Source of the DNA: Candidatus Micrarchaeia archaeon
GTDB lineage: Archaea; Micrarchaeota; Micrarchaeia; Micrarchaeales; Micrarchaeaceae
DNA: 37,267 bases
Assembly: GCA_049964795.1 (NCBI GenBank)
Contig: JBMFWY010000009.1
Location: forward strand, 1-37,267
Direction: 5' to 3'
Position numbers and translations under genes: made by a program. The notes below the pieces were generated by a model, which was not told where the DNA came from, ran no database searches, and saw only the letters and a list, made by a program, of their open reading frames with translations. Below are positions 27,430 through 36,577 of the stretch, one piece after another. How positions within the stretch are numbered: position 1 is the stretch's first letter; each line of letters opens with the position of its first letter.

Positions 27430-28473
27430 TCATGCCTCTTCTTCCGTTTCAATCTCGGCTATATCCCGAAAGCCGTGCAGTTGGGCCCCCGCCTCACTGT
27501 CCGAATTTATTATCCTTATCCCTATGCCTGCTTCCTCCGCTTCGCCGAGCAGCTTTCTAACTTCTATGTTTCCTATTATTGAATCGTTTACCAATATTCG
27601 CCTAGCATCATAAGACTCTATCGCCGATCTTACGTTTTCCAGGCCGTACTTTGCCTTTCCTATGCTTAGCGCCTTCAAGAATTCTTCCATCAGCTTGAAC
27701 TCTTCACGCACCCTGCTTCTTGATATTATGCTTGCAACTTTTCCATTCTTCATCAGCTCGTACATCCCCGTTCTCTCTGTGTCGCTTGACCTTTCATATT
27801 CGATCCTTTTGCCTATGCTTTCGGCAAGGCCTTTCTCCTCTATATATTTCTTGATGTCTTCCTTTGTGAATCCTGGGCCAGCGATAACGACAGTATCGGT
27901 ATTAAGGTTCCTTATTACCTCTATTATCTCGTTGAAATACTTCTCCTTTTGCTCCTCAAAATCTTTCGGCTTCATCCTCTTGCTCAGCTTGCTGTAGATT
28001 TCGTTGAGGAACTCTATACCATAGCCCAAAAGGTACGCAGGCAGGGCCTTCTCGTCATCAACAAGTATAATCGCAATACGCGGCTTTTTCGAATCCTCTA
28101 TGGCTTCCTTTATAACTTCCATTATGTATTTCGGCCATTCCTGCTTTGCAAGCTCTATCTCGTCATGCAAACCTATGTTGAGCGTGTGGTAGGTATTAAG
28201 CCTTATGTATTCGAGTGGCTTTCCGCCTATGATCTTGCCCGTAGCCCTTAGCCTCAATGCATTTTTGTCGAGTTCTGTCTTCTCGACGCTTATCTCAGCC
28301 ACTACCTTTTTCATCTCCCCTTCGTCGCCCTCCTCAGGCTTGAACCTCCTGAAACTCTCCGCTCTGAGCCTGTCGCCTTCGAATATGATTCTCTGTAGAG
28401 CCCACAAGTCCTCGACATTGTCTATCCTGAGCCTGAGCCTGCCGTCCATCTTCCTAAAGCTGAATACTTTCAT
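27430..28473 (-). CDS. pelA: mRNA surveillance protein Pelota (Dom34)
   Basis: EDLW-L, LR-TG-I, YHTL, IAGPGFTK; eRF1-like three-domain layout. Confidence 0.95.
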   Translation of the reverse strand: MKVFSFRKMDGRLRLRIDNVEDLWALQRIIFEGDRLRAESFRRFKPEEGDEGEMKKVVAEISVEKTELDKNALRLRATGKIIGGKPLEYIRLNTYHTLNIGLHDEIELAKQEWPKYIMEVIKEAIEDSKKPRIAIILVDDEKALPAYLLGYGIEFLNEIYSKLSKRMKPKDFEEQKEKYFNEIIEVIRNLNTDTVVIAGPGFTKEDIKKYIEEKGLAESIGKRIEYERSSDTERTGMYELMKNGKVASIISRSRVREEFKLMEEFLKALSIGKAKYGLENVRSAIESYDARRILVNDSIIGNIEVRKLLGEAEEAGIGIRIINSDSEAGAQLHGFRDIAEIETEEEA

Positions 28474-28696
28474 CCGCACCGCTTGCGCTGCCTGCCACTT
28501 GTATTATGAAATGCAAAGATATAAAGCGGTTTGAGTATTGCACTTTTTTGCTGTGCGGCTTCTGCATTTCAGTGCCTTTTTGAGCAGCTGCGCATTTTGC
28601 AAAGCGCAAAAATGAAAAAGGGCTTTGGACGCAATGCCGCTGCCAAGCAAAATTATTTATTAGTGCCTTACGAATTGGTATAAAGGGTGTTTAATC

Positions 28697-29473
28697 TTGA
28701 AGACGTTTGCCTATGTTGCATTCGCCGCAGCCTTGGCAATCCTTCTTGCTAGCACGACAAATATTTCATACGGCTCATATGCTGTTACAAACCTCAATAC
28801 CACAGTCCTGCTCAATCCCAACACGAGCGCCTCTGTAAAAGAGGTCTTGACTGTATATATAAGCAATGAATCGATACAGCAGTATTCCACAGACAGGATA
28901 GCGCTGAACCTCACGCTGAGTGAATGGCAGTCCCTTATAGGGCCCATGCTGACCCAGCACATCATAAACCCAAAGCTTGGGGTATACAACTTTAGGATGC
29001 TCCCTGGCGCAGTAACAAGAAAAGGCAGCGGGGGAGAAGCCTACATACTGATGAGCTACAATGTTCCGAACGTAACTTCTGTGGAGCAAACAGGCCCGCG
29101 CTCTTTCAGATACAGCTTCAACCCAAACGTGCTTAATTTTGAGCATGGGGCTAGCGGCGAGGTATTGCCGGCAAACACAACGCTTAACATAGTAATACCT
29201 GCGGGTGCTTCGATAACTTCAGTCTATCCTGTTCCGGATTCGCCTGCAAGCGGCATCACAAACAATTACATGAATGTTACAGAAGTCTCGTGGTTCTACG
29301 GAGAGCCGCTTTCAAAGTTCACACTTACCTTTGTAATAACCGAGAGCCTTCAGGAGGAAGTTGCCAGAGCCTTTCAAGGAGTATATGCCTATCTTGGCAT
29401 ATTCTCCTATGTAATCATAGCGCTTGTGATACTTCTGTTTATAATCTACGCGTATGTCAAGGCGGGAAGATAA
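28697..29473 (+). CDS. secreted/surface protein with C-terminal TM anchor
   Basis: N-terminal signal-like helix, beta-rich N/S/T-rich body with several NxT/S sequons, C-terminal TM helix. Confidence 0.75.
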   Translation: MKTFAYVAFAAALAILLASTTNISYGSYAVTNLNTTVLLNPNTSASVKEVLTVYISNESIQQYSTDRIALNLTLSEWQSLIGPMLTQHIINPKLGVYNFRMLPGAVTRKGSGGEAYILMSYNVPNVTSVEQTGPRSFRYSFNPNVLNFEHGASGEVLPANTTLNIVIPAGASITSVYPVPDSPASGITNNYMNVTEVSWFYGEPLSKFTLTFVITESLQEEVARAFQGVYAYLGIFSYVIIALVILLFIIYAYVKAGR

Positions 29474-29500
29474 TCGCGCCTTTTGCTTTGAAGTGGGAAA

Positions 29501-30985
29501 TTGCACGAATACCAATTCAGGATACTTGAGTTCTTAAAAGAGAGAGGCAAAAGCAGCTTCGAGGATATTGTCGAAGCCACGGAAATCTCGAGCGATGCAG
29601 CGCGCTGGGCCGTTGAGACTCTCGCAGAGCAGAAAGCAATAGGGGTTTCAAAAGGCAAGACACTGCAGTTTTTTGTCACAGAAGAAGGCAAGGGCTACCT
29701 CGAAGAAATGCCTGAGGAAGCATTCGTAAAGCAGCTTGCGAAGGAAGGCCCCGCGAAAGTCGGGGAAGTGAAAAACAGCATAGGGATGATGTGGGCAAAG
29801 CGCAACGGCTGGATTGCCATAGAAGGAGGCTTCGCAAAGCTTACCGAAGAAGGCATGCGGCAGACAAAGTCTGGCAAGTATTTATTGAGGGAAGTGCTGC
29901 GGAAGCTCAGCTCGCAGGAAGCGGGAGGAGAGCTTGCCGAAAAGCACCGCAAGGAGATAGAGGTGCTGCAGAAGAGGGGGCTTGTAAAGGTAATTGAGAA
30001 GTATGCGATTGAAGAGCTCAGTATAACTTCAGAGGGTAAGCGCATGCTTGAAGAAGGCCTCAAGGAGGAGGGCGAAAACCAGCTTACTAAGGAAATGCTG
30101 CTCTCCGGCTCGTGGAAAAGCGTGAAGTTCAAAAGCTATAACATAAACGCTCCGGCAGAAGAGGTTTATGCTGCAAGGCTGCACCCCATGCGCGAGTTCA
30201 ACAACTATCTGCGCAACATTTGGGTGAGCATGGGCTTCACAGAGGTTTCGGGCCCTATCATAGAGTCTGCATTCTGGGATTTCGACGCGTTGTTCTCCCC
30301 GCAGGACCACCCTACAAGAGAGATGCAGGACACGTTTTTCCTTTCAAACCCAAAGGAGATAAGCATAGAAGATCTATCGCTGCTCAAGAGGGTAAAGAAG
30401 ATGCACACTTCCAGCTGGGGAGATGTATGGAGAGAGGAAGTAGCAAAGCAGGCATTGCTCAGGACGCATTCGACAAGCGTTTCCGCGCACTACATTTACA
30501 AATTTTCCAAGCTTGTAGGTGAAGAATACCCTGTCAAGCTGTTTTCGCTTGGCAAGGTTTTCAGAAACGAAAGCATAGACTACAAGCACCTTGCAGAGCT
30601 CACACAATATGATGGCATAATAATAGGAGACAAGCTGAGCTTCTCGAACTTGATAGACACGCTCAGGCGCTTTTATGAGCTGCTTGGATTTGACACCAAT
30701 CCGCGCAACAAGAAATTCAAGTTCAAGCCTTCATATTTTCCTTTCGTTGAGCCTGGCCTTGAAGCTTTGTACTACGACGAAAGCAAGCAGGACTGGATAG
30801 AGCTTGTAGGAGGAGGCATAATAAGGAAGGAGATAACAAAGGCGCTCGGCACCAACAAGACGGTGCTCGCGTGGGGAGGAGGCGTTGAAAGGCTCCTATT
30901 CCACTTCATGGACTTGGATTCGCTTACTACATTGTACAAAAATGAAATCCAATGGCTAAGAAAGAGGCCGAGGGTTGACATCTAA
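29501..30985 (+). CDS. pheS: phenylalanine--tRNA ligase alpha subunit
   Basis: FDALF-PQDHP-REMQDTF, LLRTH, FRNE--D--HL-E, YFPFVEP. Confidence 0.98.
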   Translation: MHEYQFRILEFLKERGKSSFEDIVEATEISSDAARWAVETLAEQKAIGVSKGKTLQFFVTEEGKGYLEEMPEEAFVKQLAKEGPAKVGEVKNSIGMMWAKRNGWIAIEGGFAKLTEEGMRQTKSGKYLLREVLRKLSSQEAGGELAEKHRKEIEVLQKRGLVKVIEKYAIEELSITSEGKRMLEEGLKEEGENQLTKEMLLSGSWKSVKFKSYNINAPAEEVYAARLHPMREFNNYLRNIWVSMGFTEVSGPIIESAFWDFDALFSPQDHPTREMQDTFFLSNPKEISIEDLSLLKRVKKMHTSSWGDVWREEVAKQALLRTHSTSVSAHYIYKFSKLVGEEYPVKLFSLGKVFRNESIDYKHLAELTQYDGIIIGDKLSFSNLIDTLRRFYELLGFDTNPRNKKFKFKPSYFPFVEPGLEALYYDESKQDWIELVGGGIIRKEITKALGTNKTVLAWGGGVERLLFHFMDLDSLTTLYKNEIQWLRKRPRVDI

Positions 30986-31000
30986 AAGGTGCTATTGCAA

Positions 31001-32644
31001 ATGGCAGTTGTTTCATTTAGCTTGAAGGATCTTGGCATAGAAAATGCAGCGGAGCTTGCTGAAAAAATGGGGCTTGACGTAGAGGGGATTGAAGGCGGCA
31101 CCCTTTCCCTGGATGTGCCCCCAAACAGGCCTGACCTTTTGGACTTCTTCGGGCTCAAGCGCGGCATGCTGTATTACAGCGGCAAAAAGATCCCGTCAAG
31201 CTCAGATTACACTGTAAACGGCTCGCCGGAGACAAGCATAACAGTATCGAAAAAAGTTGAAAAAATACGCCCGTTCATCTCCTCCTTCGTAGCAAAGAAT
31301 GTGAGTATGGACGAGCAGCATCTCAAGTACTTGATAAATTTCACCGAAAAGCTGAGCGAGACATACGGAAGGAAAAGAAGAAAAATGGCAATGGGGCTGC
31401 ACAATTATGACGCGGTGAAAGGACCCTTAAGATATGACGCCGCAAGCAATGGAGAGTTCATACCTCTGGGCTCGGAAAAGCCAATGAGCTTCGGCGAAAT
31501 AATAAAATTGCATCCGAAAGGCATAGCATTTGGCGGCACAATACCTGGCGCGGCTTCTGGAGAAACAATGTTCCCCTATTTGAGAGACGGGGAAAAGATA
31601 ATGTCGCTTATACCTATAATAAATTCGAAAGCTACGGCGATAAGCAAGGACACGAAAAATATTCTTGTTGACGTGACAGGCACTTCTGAAAGGACGGTGC
31701 GCAGCACCGCAAGCCTACTCGCTGCGTCATTCATAGAGCAAGGGGCGGCGATATGCCCTGTAGAGATAAAATACGAGAAGAAAAGTGTTGTAGAGCCGGA
31801 GATGCCGTACCGCGAGATAAAGGTAAACCTCGCGAAAATAGACGGGACTTTGGGCATGAGGCTTATGGAAAGTCTGCTTATTACGTATGCAAATAGGCTT
31901 GGATACCCTGCATCAAAATATGGCAATTCCCTTCTTGTCAAAGTTCCCCCATATCGCCTTGACGTATTCAACTACCAGGATGTAATAGAGGATATAGCAA
32001 TAGGCTTCGGCTACGAGAACATAAATCCCATGCCTGTGCGCAGCACTGCGGTAGGGCTTCTGAACGAGCTGCAGGAATACATCAACAAGCTCTCAATTTT
32101 CATGATAGGCCTCGGCTATTCAGAAGCAATAAACAATTACTTGACAAGCGAGGAGGTTTCATTCGGGCAGATGGAGATACCAGAGGACAAGGACGTGGTA
32201 AAGGTGACATATTCCAAGACGGAAAATATTACCATGCTCAGGAAGGCGGTGCTGCCTTCGCTGCTCCTTGCGCTCGGAAGGTCTACGCACGAGAGGATGC
32301 CGCAGAAGCTTTTTGAAGTTGGAAGCGTATTCTCTGTCGAATCAGGCAAAGCGGTTGAAAGAATCAACCTGGCTTTTGCAAGCGAGCATTCCAAGTCTAA
32401 TTTTGCAGACGCGCAGGGAGCGCTGAACGCGATACTCGGCTTTCTGGGCATGAAATACTCGCTGAAAGAGGAGAGCAATCCCTCGTTCATAGAAGGCAGA
32501 TGCGCAGGAGTATTCGTGGAAGGCAGGCGTGTGGGCATGCTGGGCGAGCTGCATCCCAAAGTGCTTACCAATTTCAAGATTGCAGAGCCTGTAGCGGCTT
32601 GCGAGATAAATCTTGTGGGAGAAGTTTCGTATTTCAAGGAATAA
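31001..32644 (+). CDS. pheT: phenylalanine--tRNA ligase beta subunit
   Basis: PNRPDL, GRKRRK-A-G-H, PIINS, PPYR-D, IEDIAIGFGY, GELHP. Confidence 0.97.
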   Translation: MAVVSFSLKDLGIENAAELAEKMGLDVEGIEGGTLSLDVPPNRPDLLDFFGLKRGMLYYSGKKIPSSSDYTVNGSPETSITVSKKVEKIRPFISSFVAKNVSMDEQHLKYLINFTEKLSETYGRKRRKMAMGLHNYDAVKGPLRYDAASNGEFIPLGSEKPMSFGEIIKLHPKGIAFGGTIPGAASGETMFPYLRDGEKIMSLIPIINSKATAISKDTKNILVDVTGTSERTVRSTASLLAASFIEQGAAICPVEIKYEKKSVVEPEMPYREIKVNLAKIDGTLGMRLMESLLITYANRLGYPASKYGNSLLVKVPPYRLDVFNYQDVIEDIAIGFGYENINPMPVRSTAVGLLNELQEYINKLSIFMIGLGYSEAINNYLTSEEVSFGQMEIPEDKDVVKVTYSKTENITMLRKAVLPSLLLALGRSTHERMPQKLFEVGSVFSVESGKAVERINLAFASEHSKSNFADAQGALNAILGFLGMKYSLKEESNPSFIEGRCAGVFVEGRRVGMLGELHPKVLTNFKIAEPVAACEINLVGEVSYFKE

Positions 32645-32654
32645 GGTGCTGCGG

Positions 32655-33557
32655 ATGGACGATTTTGAAAGCCTGAGAAAAAGAATGCTTGAAAATGCAA
32701 AACAGGGAATAAGGAGATCTTATGAAAGCGAGGAGTATGCACTTATACAAGCGATAAACGCATATTTGCAGCTGAGCAAGTCGTACAATTTGCTTTACGA
32801 AAGGCTCAGCGAATGGCTTGGCATCTATGTGCCGGAGCTCGGCCTGCAGACACCAAAGCAGCTCATGGAGCTTTCGCTTGCGCTTGCAGAAGGGAGCACG
32901 ACAAAAGAGAGGCTCTCAAAAATATTCGGAAACACGCAGCTCGCCGAGAGCACTGAGAAGAAGATAGGCACCACGATAGGAAGGAAATGGGCAGAAGACG
33001 AGAAGGCAGCATTTGCAAATTTCGCGAGTCTTGGCATAAGTGTAGCTGCCACGCTCGAGTCGCTCGAAGGATATATAGCAAAATCTGCGGAACGCATAAT
33101 GCCAAATGTCACATATCTGACAGATCCGAAGATAGCCGCGGAGCTTCTCAGCAAGGCGGGCTCACTAGAGCGCATGGCGTTGATGCCTGCCAGCACAATA
33201 CAATTGCTTGGAGCCGAGAAAGCGCTTTTCAAGCATATAAAGTTCGGCAGCAAGTCTCCAAAATACGGAGTGCTTTTCAAGCTGCCGAAAGTGAGCGGTG
33301 GCAGAAGGGACCTTCGCGGCAAAATCGCGCGCATATACGCCACAAAAATAAGCATAGCGCTCAAAGCAGACTACTTTTCAAAAAGGTTCATAGCTAAGGA
33401 GCTCAAAGCAAGCCTGGACGAAAGCATAAGAAAGATAGAAGCACAGCCAGAGAAAAAAAGAAGCGAAGGAAGGGCACAACCACAAAACAGATGGAGTAGG
33501 GGAGGGAGGCAGCGCAGCCCGGGGCCGCACAGGAACTTTAAGCCCAGGCGCTACTGA
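32655..33557 (+). CDS. nop5: C/D box sRNP protein Nop5 (Nop56/58)
   Basis: ERL-EW---Y-PEL, PASTIQLLGAEKALF-H, PKYG, RGKIAR, K-SIA-KAD; GGTG SD before ATG 32655. Confidence 0.94.
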   Translation: MDDFESLRKRMLENAKQGIRRSYESEEYALIQAINAYLQLSKSYNLLYERLSEWLGIYVPELGLQTPKQLMELSLALAEGSTTKERLSKIFGNTQLAESTEKKIGTTIGRKWAEDEKAAFANFASLGISVAATLESLEGYIAKSAERIMPNVTYLTDPKIAAELLSKAGSLERMALMPASTIQLLGAEKALFKHIKFGSKSPKYGVLFKLPKVSGGRRDLRGKIARIYATKISIALKADYFSKRFIAKELKASLDESIRKIEAQPEKKRSEGRAQPQNRWSRGGRQRSPGPHRNFKPRRY

Positions 33558-33573
33558 ATTTCGCGCTACGCGC

Positions 33574-34209
33574 TCAGTCTCCCATAAGATATCGGAGTAC
33601 CTCGTCGAGTATCTTGAGCATCTCCTCGGAAATTATAAAGTTTTCATCGCTTGACGCATCAATCAGATAGGAAAGGAAATCGAGAGCGTCCTGATCGTTT
33701 ATTGGCCTTTTCTTGCCGGTTTTCGGGTCTATTACATTGCCTTTTACAATTACAATCTTTTTGAATTCTTTGCTCGGCTTGCTGCCATTGCCATCCTCCT
33801 CCTTCCTTGAAAGCTCATTATACAGCTTGATTGCATTTTCCAGCTTTTCTGAAGGAACCAGCACCATGTCTCTCCTGAAAAGCAGGTTAGACAGCTTTAC
33901 TACCTTTTCAATTTCTTCCGGCTTCAGCATGTCCTCTGCTTCCTTCGCGGCGATGCTTTTCTCCAAGACGCTGCCGTCTTCATACCTTACCATGAGCTTT
34001 TCCAGCTTGCTCCTGTTTTTCGCCATTCCAAATAATACCTCTGCATACTCAGGTTTTTTACTGTCTTTTTCAAACAAATTTTCAAGTGCATAAATCATAC
34101 TTTTTGGCAATGGCTTTTCCTCCAAATCCTCTCCGTTAACAGATCGAATAGCGATTCCTGCCGCAAGATTTATGACAATTTCTTCCCTGCCGCGCGTCTT
34201 GTTTGCCAT
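33574..34209 (-). CDS. hypothetical protein (charged, helical)
   Basis: About 211-aa ORF with AGGTGG SD; no family recognised. Confidence 0.7.
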   Translation of the reverse strand: MANKTRGREEIVINLAAGIAIRSVNGEDLEEKPLPKSMIYALENLFEKDSKKPEYAEVLFGMAKNRSKLEKLMVRYEDGSVLEKSIAAKEAEDMLKPEEIEKVVKLSNLLFRRDMVLVPSEKLENAIKLYNELSRKEEDGNGSKPSKEFKKIVIVKGNVIDPKTGKKRPINDQDALDFLSYLIDASSDENFIISEEMLKILDEVLRYLMGD

Positions 34210-34280
34210 GTTATCCACCTATTAGCTATCTGTAAAAATAACTAAATAAGTTTTGCAGGTATTTGAAAGAAACAGCAATG

Positions 34281-34374
34281 AACTTGCACGGTTTTGTTTA
34301 TTTAGTCGGACTTTATCAGCAATTTCAATACTTTATCAACAAGATTTGACTTTTTTAACAAAGCCAACTTGCAC
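34281..34374. repeat. short direct-repeat cluster upstream of a TATA box
   Basis: ACTTTATCA(G/A)CAA at 34310 and 34330, degenerate copy at 34349; AACTTGCAC at 34281 and 34366. Confidence 0.55.
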
Positions 34375-34400
34375 AAAAGATTTAAATATAATAATGGCCA

Positions 34401-34559
34401 TCATTTAGTTTGATTGCCTTTAGAAATATGGTTTCTGAAGGGTATGTGGTTCGGATGGATCAACTGGTGCTGCAAAAGTTCTGGAAGTCTAGTTTTGTCA
34501 TAGGCAGCGCATGCAGGCTCACATCCGTAAATACAAATAACATGCCATATATCCTCCAT
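34401..34559 (-). CDS. uncalled 52-aa C2H2-like zinc-binding microprotein
   Basis: MEDIWHVICIYGCEPACAAYDKTRLPELLQHQLIHPNH...: C-x3-C-x13-H-x3-H with LxxH. CCCGAAAAA-TTTTATAT BRE/TATA at a distance fitting a leaderless start. Confidence 0.45.
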   Translation of the reverse strand: MEDIWHVICIYGCEPACAAYDKTRLPELLQHQLIHPNHIPFRNHISKGNQTK

Positions 34560-34600
34560 TTGGCCGCATAAAATCCATATAAAATTTTTCGGGTGTTTAT

Positions 34601-35038
34601 GTGGCTCAAATGGTTATAACGAGAGAGTTGAAAAAAGGTTCTTCCTTGAGCGAGCGCGAGCGCGTTGTGCTTGCAGAGATAGGCAAGGATGAGATAATAA
34701 GCGCTTCAAGCTTTGTTGACTACGTAAGCGAGCAGTATGCAATGCCAAAAAGCACGGCGTGGTATGTGCTCAGAAAGCTGAAAGACAAAGGCATGCTTGA
34801 TTTCGCAAGCAAAGAGGAGGTAGGCAAGCCCCTCCAGCTGACCAGAAAAGGCCTGCGCGAGCTCGCATGCATTTGCACAGGAGCTTCAAGCGCAGGATTC
34901 CCGGCTTCGCTAAGAATGCAGTATGCACGCTGGAGCACCTATGGCGCTACGGCACAGTACGAAGAAGCAGGGCAGGAGCGCGAAAATATAAGCTCTAAAA
35001 TGCAGTATAAGCAAAAAGCTTTTTACAGCCTTGGGTAG
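34601..35038 (+). CDS. winged-helix domain protein (putative regulator)
   Basis: LSERER-VL...PKSTAWYVLRKLKDKGML-F...LT-KG; GGTG SD 5 nt before GTG. Confidence 0.75.
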   Translation: MAQMVITRELKKGSSLSERERVVLAEIGKDEIISASSFVDYVSEQYAMPKSTAWYVLRKLKDKGMLDFASKEEVGKPLQLTRKGLRELACICTGASSAGFPASLRMQYARWSTYGATAQYEEAGQERENISSKMQYKQKAFYSLG

Positions 35039-35074
35039 GGTTGGAGAAACAGATGGCGGGAGGAGGGTGGCGCT

Positions 35075-35380
35075 TTACAACGCACGCTCCTTTTTTAGGA
35101 GCTGCGCCTTCCTCTTGCTTCCTCCGTAATAATACTTTCCTAAGCTGTTGTCGCTTCTTATTACCCTGTGGCATGGTATTATTACAGGAAAGGGATTGTT
35201 CTTCAAGGCAGTACCCACTGCCCTGTAAGCGCGCGGATGCCCTATTGCTTCTGCTATGCGCTTGTAGGTAGAGGTTTCTCCTTTCCTTATGTTAAGCGTC
35301 TCGAGCAAAACCTTTACCCGGAATTCGGTAAGCCCTTTTGCTTTGAGCTTTTCTGCCAAATCTGCTTTTGATATACTCAT
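35075..35380 (-). CDS. ogt: O6-methylguanine-DNA methyltransferase (C-terminal domain only)
   Basis: GETSTY--IA, AYRAVGTAL--NP, active-site PCHRV. Confidence 0.92.
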   Translation of the reverse strand: MSISKADLAEKLKAKGLTEFRVKVLLETLNIRKGETSTYKRIAEAIGHPRAYRAVGTALKNNPFPVIIPCHRVIRSDNSLGKYYYGGSKRKAQLLKKERAL

Positions 35381-35451
35381 GCTGCAGCACTGCGATTACG
35401 CTTTACGCTTGAGCAACTTTTGATTAAATGATTGAATCTGGAATTCTAGAT

Positions 35452-36384
35452 CTACCACCATTTTGCACTTTCTGCAAGCTCTGCCATCTTCTCCTTTGCT
35501 TCAGGTTTTCTAAACACAAATAGATGCTCGTGCATCAATAGCAAAAAGTTGCTTTCTACGGATTTTTTTGCCCAAAGAGGTGCGGTTTTTGTGTTATGCT
35601 GAATCTTGACAATGCTTTCCTTCAGTACAAAACCGGCTTCAAGAAATACCTGCATTACCCTGAATGATATTGGGACCTGATGCTTGTGCCTTCTGGTGTC
35701 TCCGATTAAAATCGCACAGTACGTATTTGGCTTCAGAACGCGGTAAAATTCCTTTGCCACTTTTCCCATTTCATCTGAAAATTCGTTGACAGAGCAAACT
35801 TCCGACAGATCGCCAGCCTCTTTATGGTTGGAGTTTTTTGTATAGGATATTATGCTTGCGTATGGCGGATGAGTGGCTATAAGATCTATGCTTTCATTCT
35901 TTATAAAATCGAGCTTTCTCGCATCTCCAAGAAATGTTCTCTGCTCGGGGAAATTATCGTTCAAGGTATGAAAGTTTAGTCTATCTCTTGTTAGCATTAA
36001 TGCCTCTTCGTTTATATCTACCCCTATACCTTTTCGCCCAGTTAGTTTGCATTCTATCAAAGTAGTGCCGGATCCCACAAATGGATCCAATACAGTATCC
36101 CCTTCATTTGAGTATCTTAGTATTAAATTTCTGGCTACCTGGGGCGCCCAGTTGCCTCTGTACCTCGCGTTTAAAGAGTGGGTAGCCCAATTGCCTCTTT
36201 TTGGAAAGCTCCAAACCGTAGTTACTTCGATATCAAAATCTTTAGGCTGTAATATCTTGATGTTATTATGGGCTCCGATTTCTAGTTCTGTATCCTCTAT
36301 AACTATGAATTTGTGCTTTTTTACAAATTCCCTATAATCGGCATCTGTTATTTCTCTCGCTTTGGTAAGCTCCAATTGGTCCAT
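35452..36384 (-). CDS. site-specific amino (N6-A/N4-C) DNA methyltransferase
   Basis: Motif I DPFVGSGTT, catalytic THPPY, YRVLKP; AT-richer than the core genes. Confidence 0.88.
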   Translation of the reverse strand: MDQLELTKAREITDADYREFVKKHKFIVIEDTELEIGAHNNIKILQPKDFDIEVTTVWSFPKRGNWATHSLNARYRGNWAPQVARNLILRYSNEGDTVLDPFVGSGTTLIECKLTGRKGIGVDINEEALMLTRDRLNFHTLNDNFPEQRTFLGDARKLDFIKNESIDLIATHPPYASIISYTKNSNHKEAGDLSEVCSVNEFSDEMGKVAKEFYRVLKPNTYCAILIGDTRRHKHQVPISFRVMQVFLEAGFVLKESIVKIQHNTKTAPLWAKKSVESNFLLLMHEHLFVFRKPEAKEKMAELAESAKWW

Positions 36385-36388
36385 AAGT

Positions 36389-36532
36389 TCACTTTTTGTT
36401 TTGGTTTAGCCATTCCTTGATCAAGCCGTTTATTTTTGTGGAAACTTTCAGGTCATTCTTCGTGCACGCTTCCTTGAACCTTACGAATAAATCTGTATCT
36501 ATAGTTATCGTGATTTTCCTTTTAGCTTCCAT
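36389..36532 (-). CDS. uncalled 47-aa ribbon-helix-helix regulator (CopG/Arc-like)
   Basis: Hand-translated MEAKRKITITIDTDLFVRFKEACTKNDLKVSTKINGLIKEWLNQNKK: beta-strand KITITID followed by two helices; ends 4 nt before the MTase ATG. Confidence 0.8.
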   Translation of the reverse strand: MEAKRKITITIDTDLFVRFKEACTKNDLKVSTKINGLIKEWLNQNKK

Positions 36533-36555
36533 ATAAACCGCATTAATAAATACTT

Positions 36556-36573
36556 ATACATATTTATATGTAT
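36556..36573. promoter_or_regulatory. perfect inverted repeat overlapping the TATA box of the RHH-MTase operon
   Basis: ATACATAT-TT-ATATGTAT, which contains minus-strand TATAAATA, 24-41 nt upstream of the RHH ATG. Confidence 0.65.
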
Positions 36574-36577
36574 CTAA

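Noticed and set aside
34428-34571. tmRNA-like tag ending ...LAA*
   Set aside because: No tRNA-like acceptor or T-arm and no CCA end around it; the LAA ending is probably chance.
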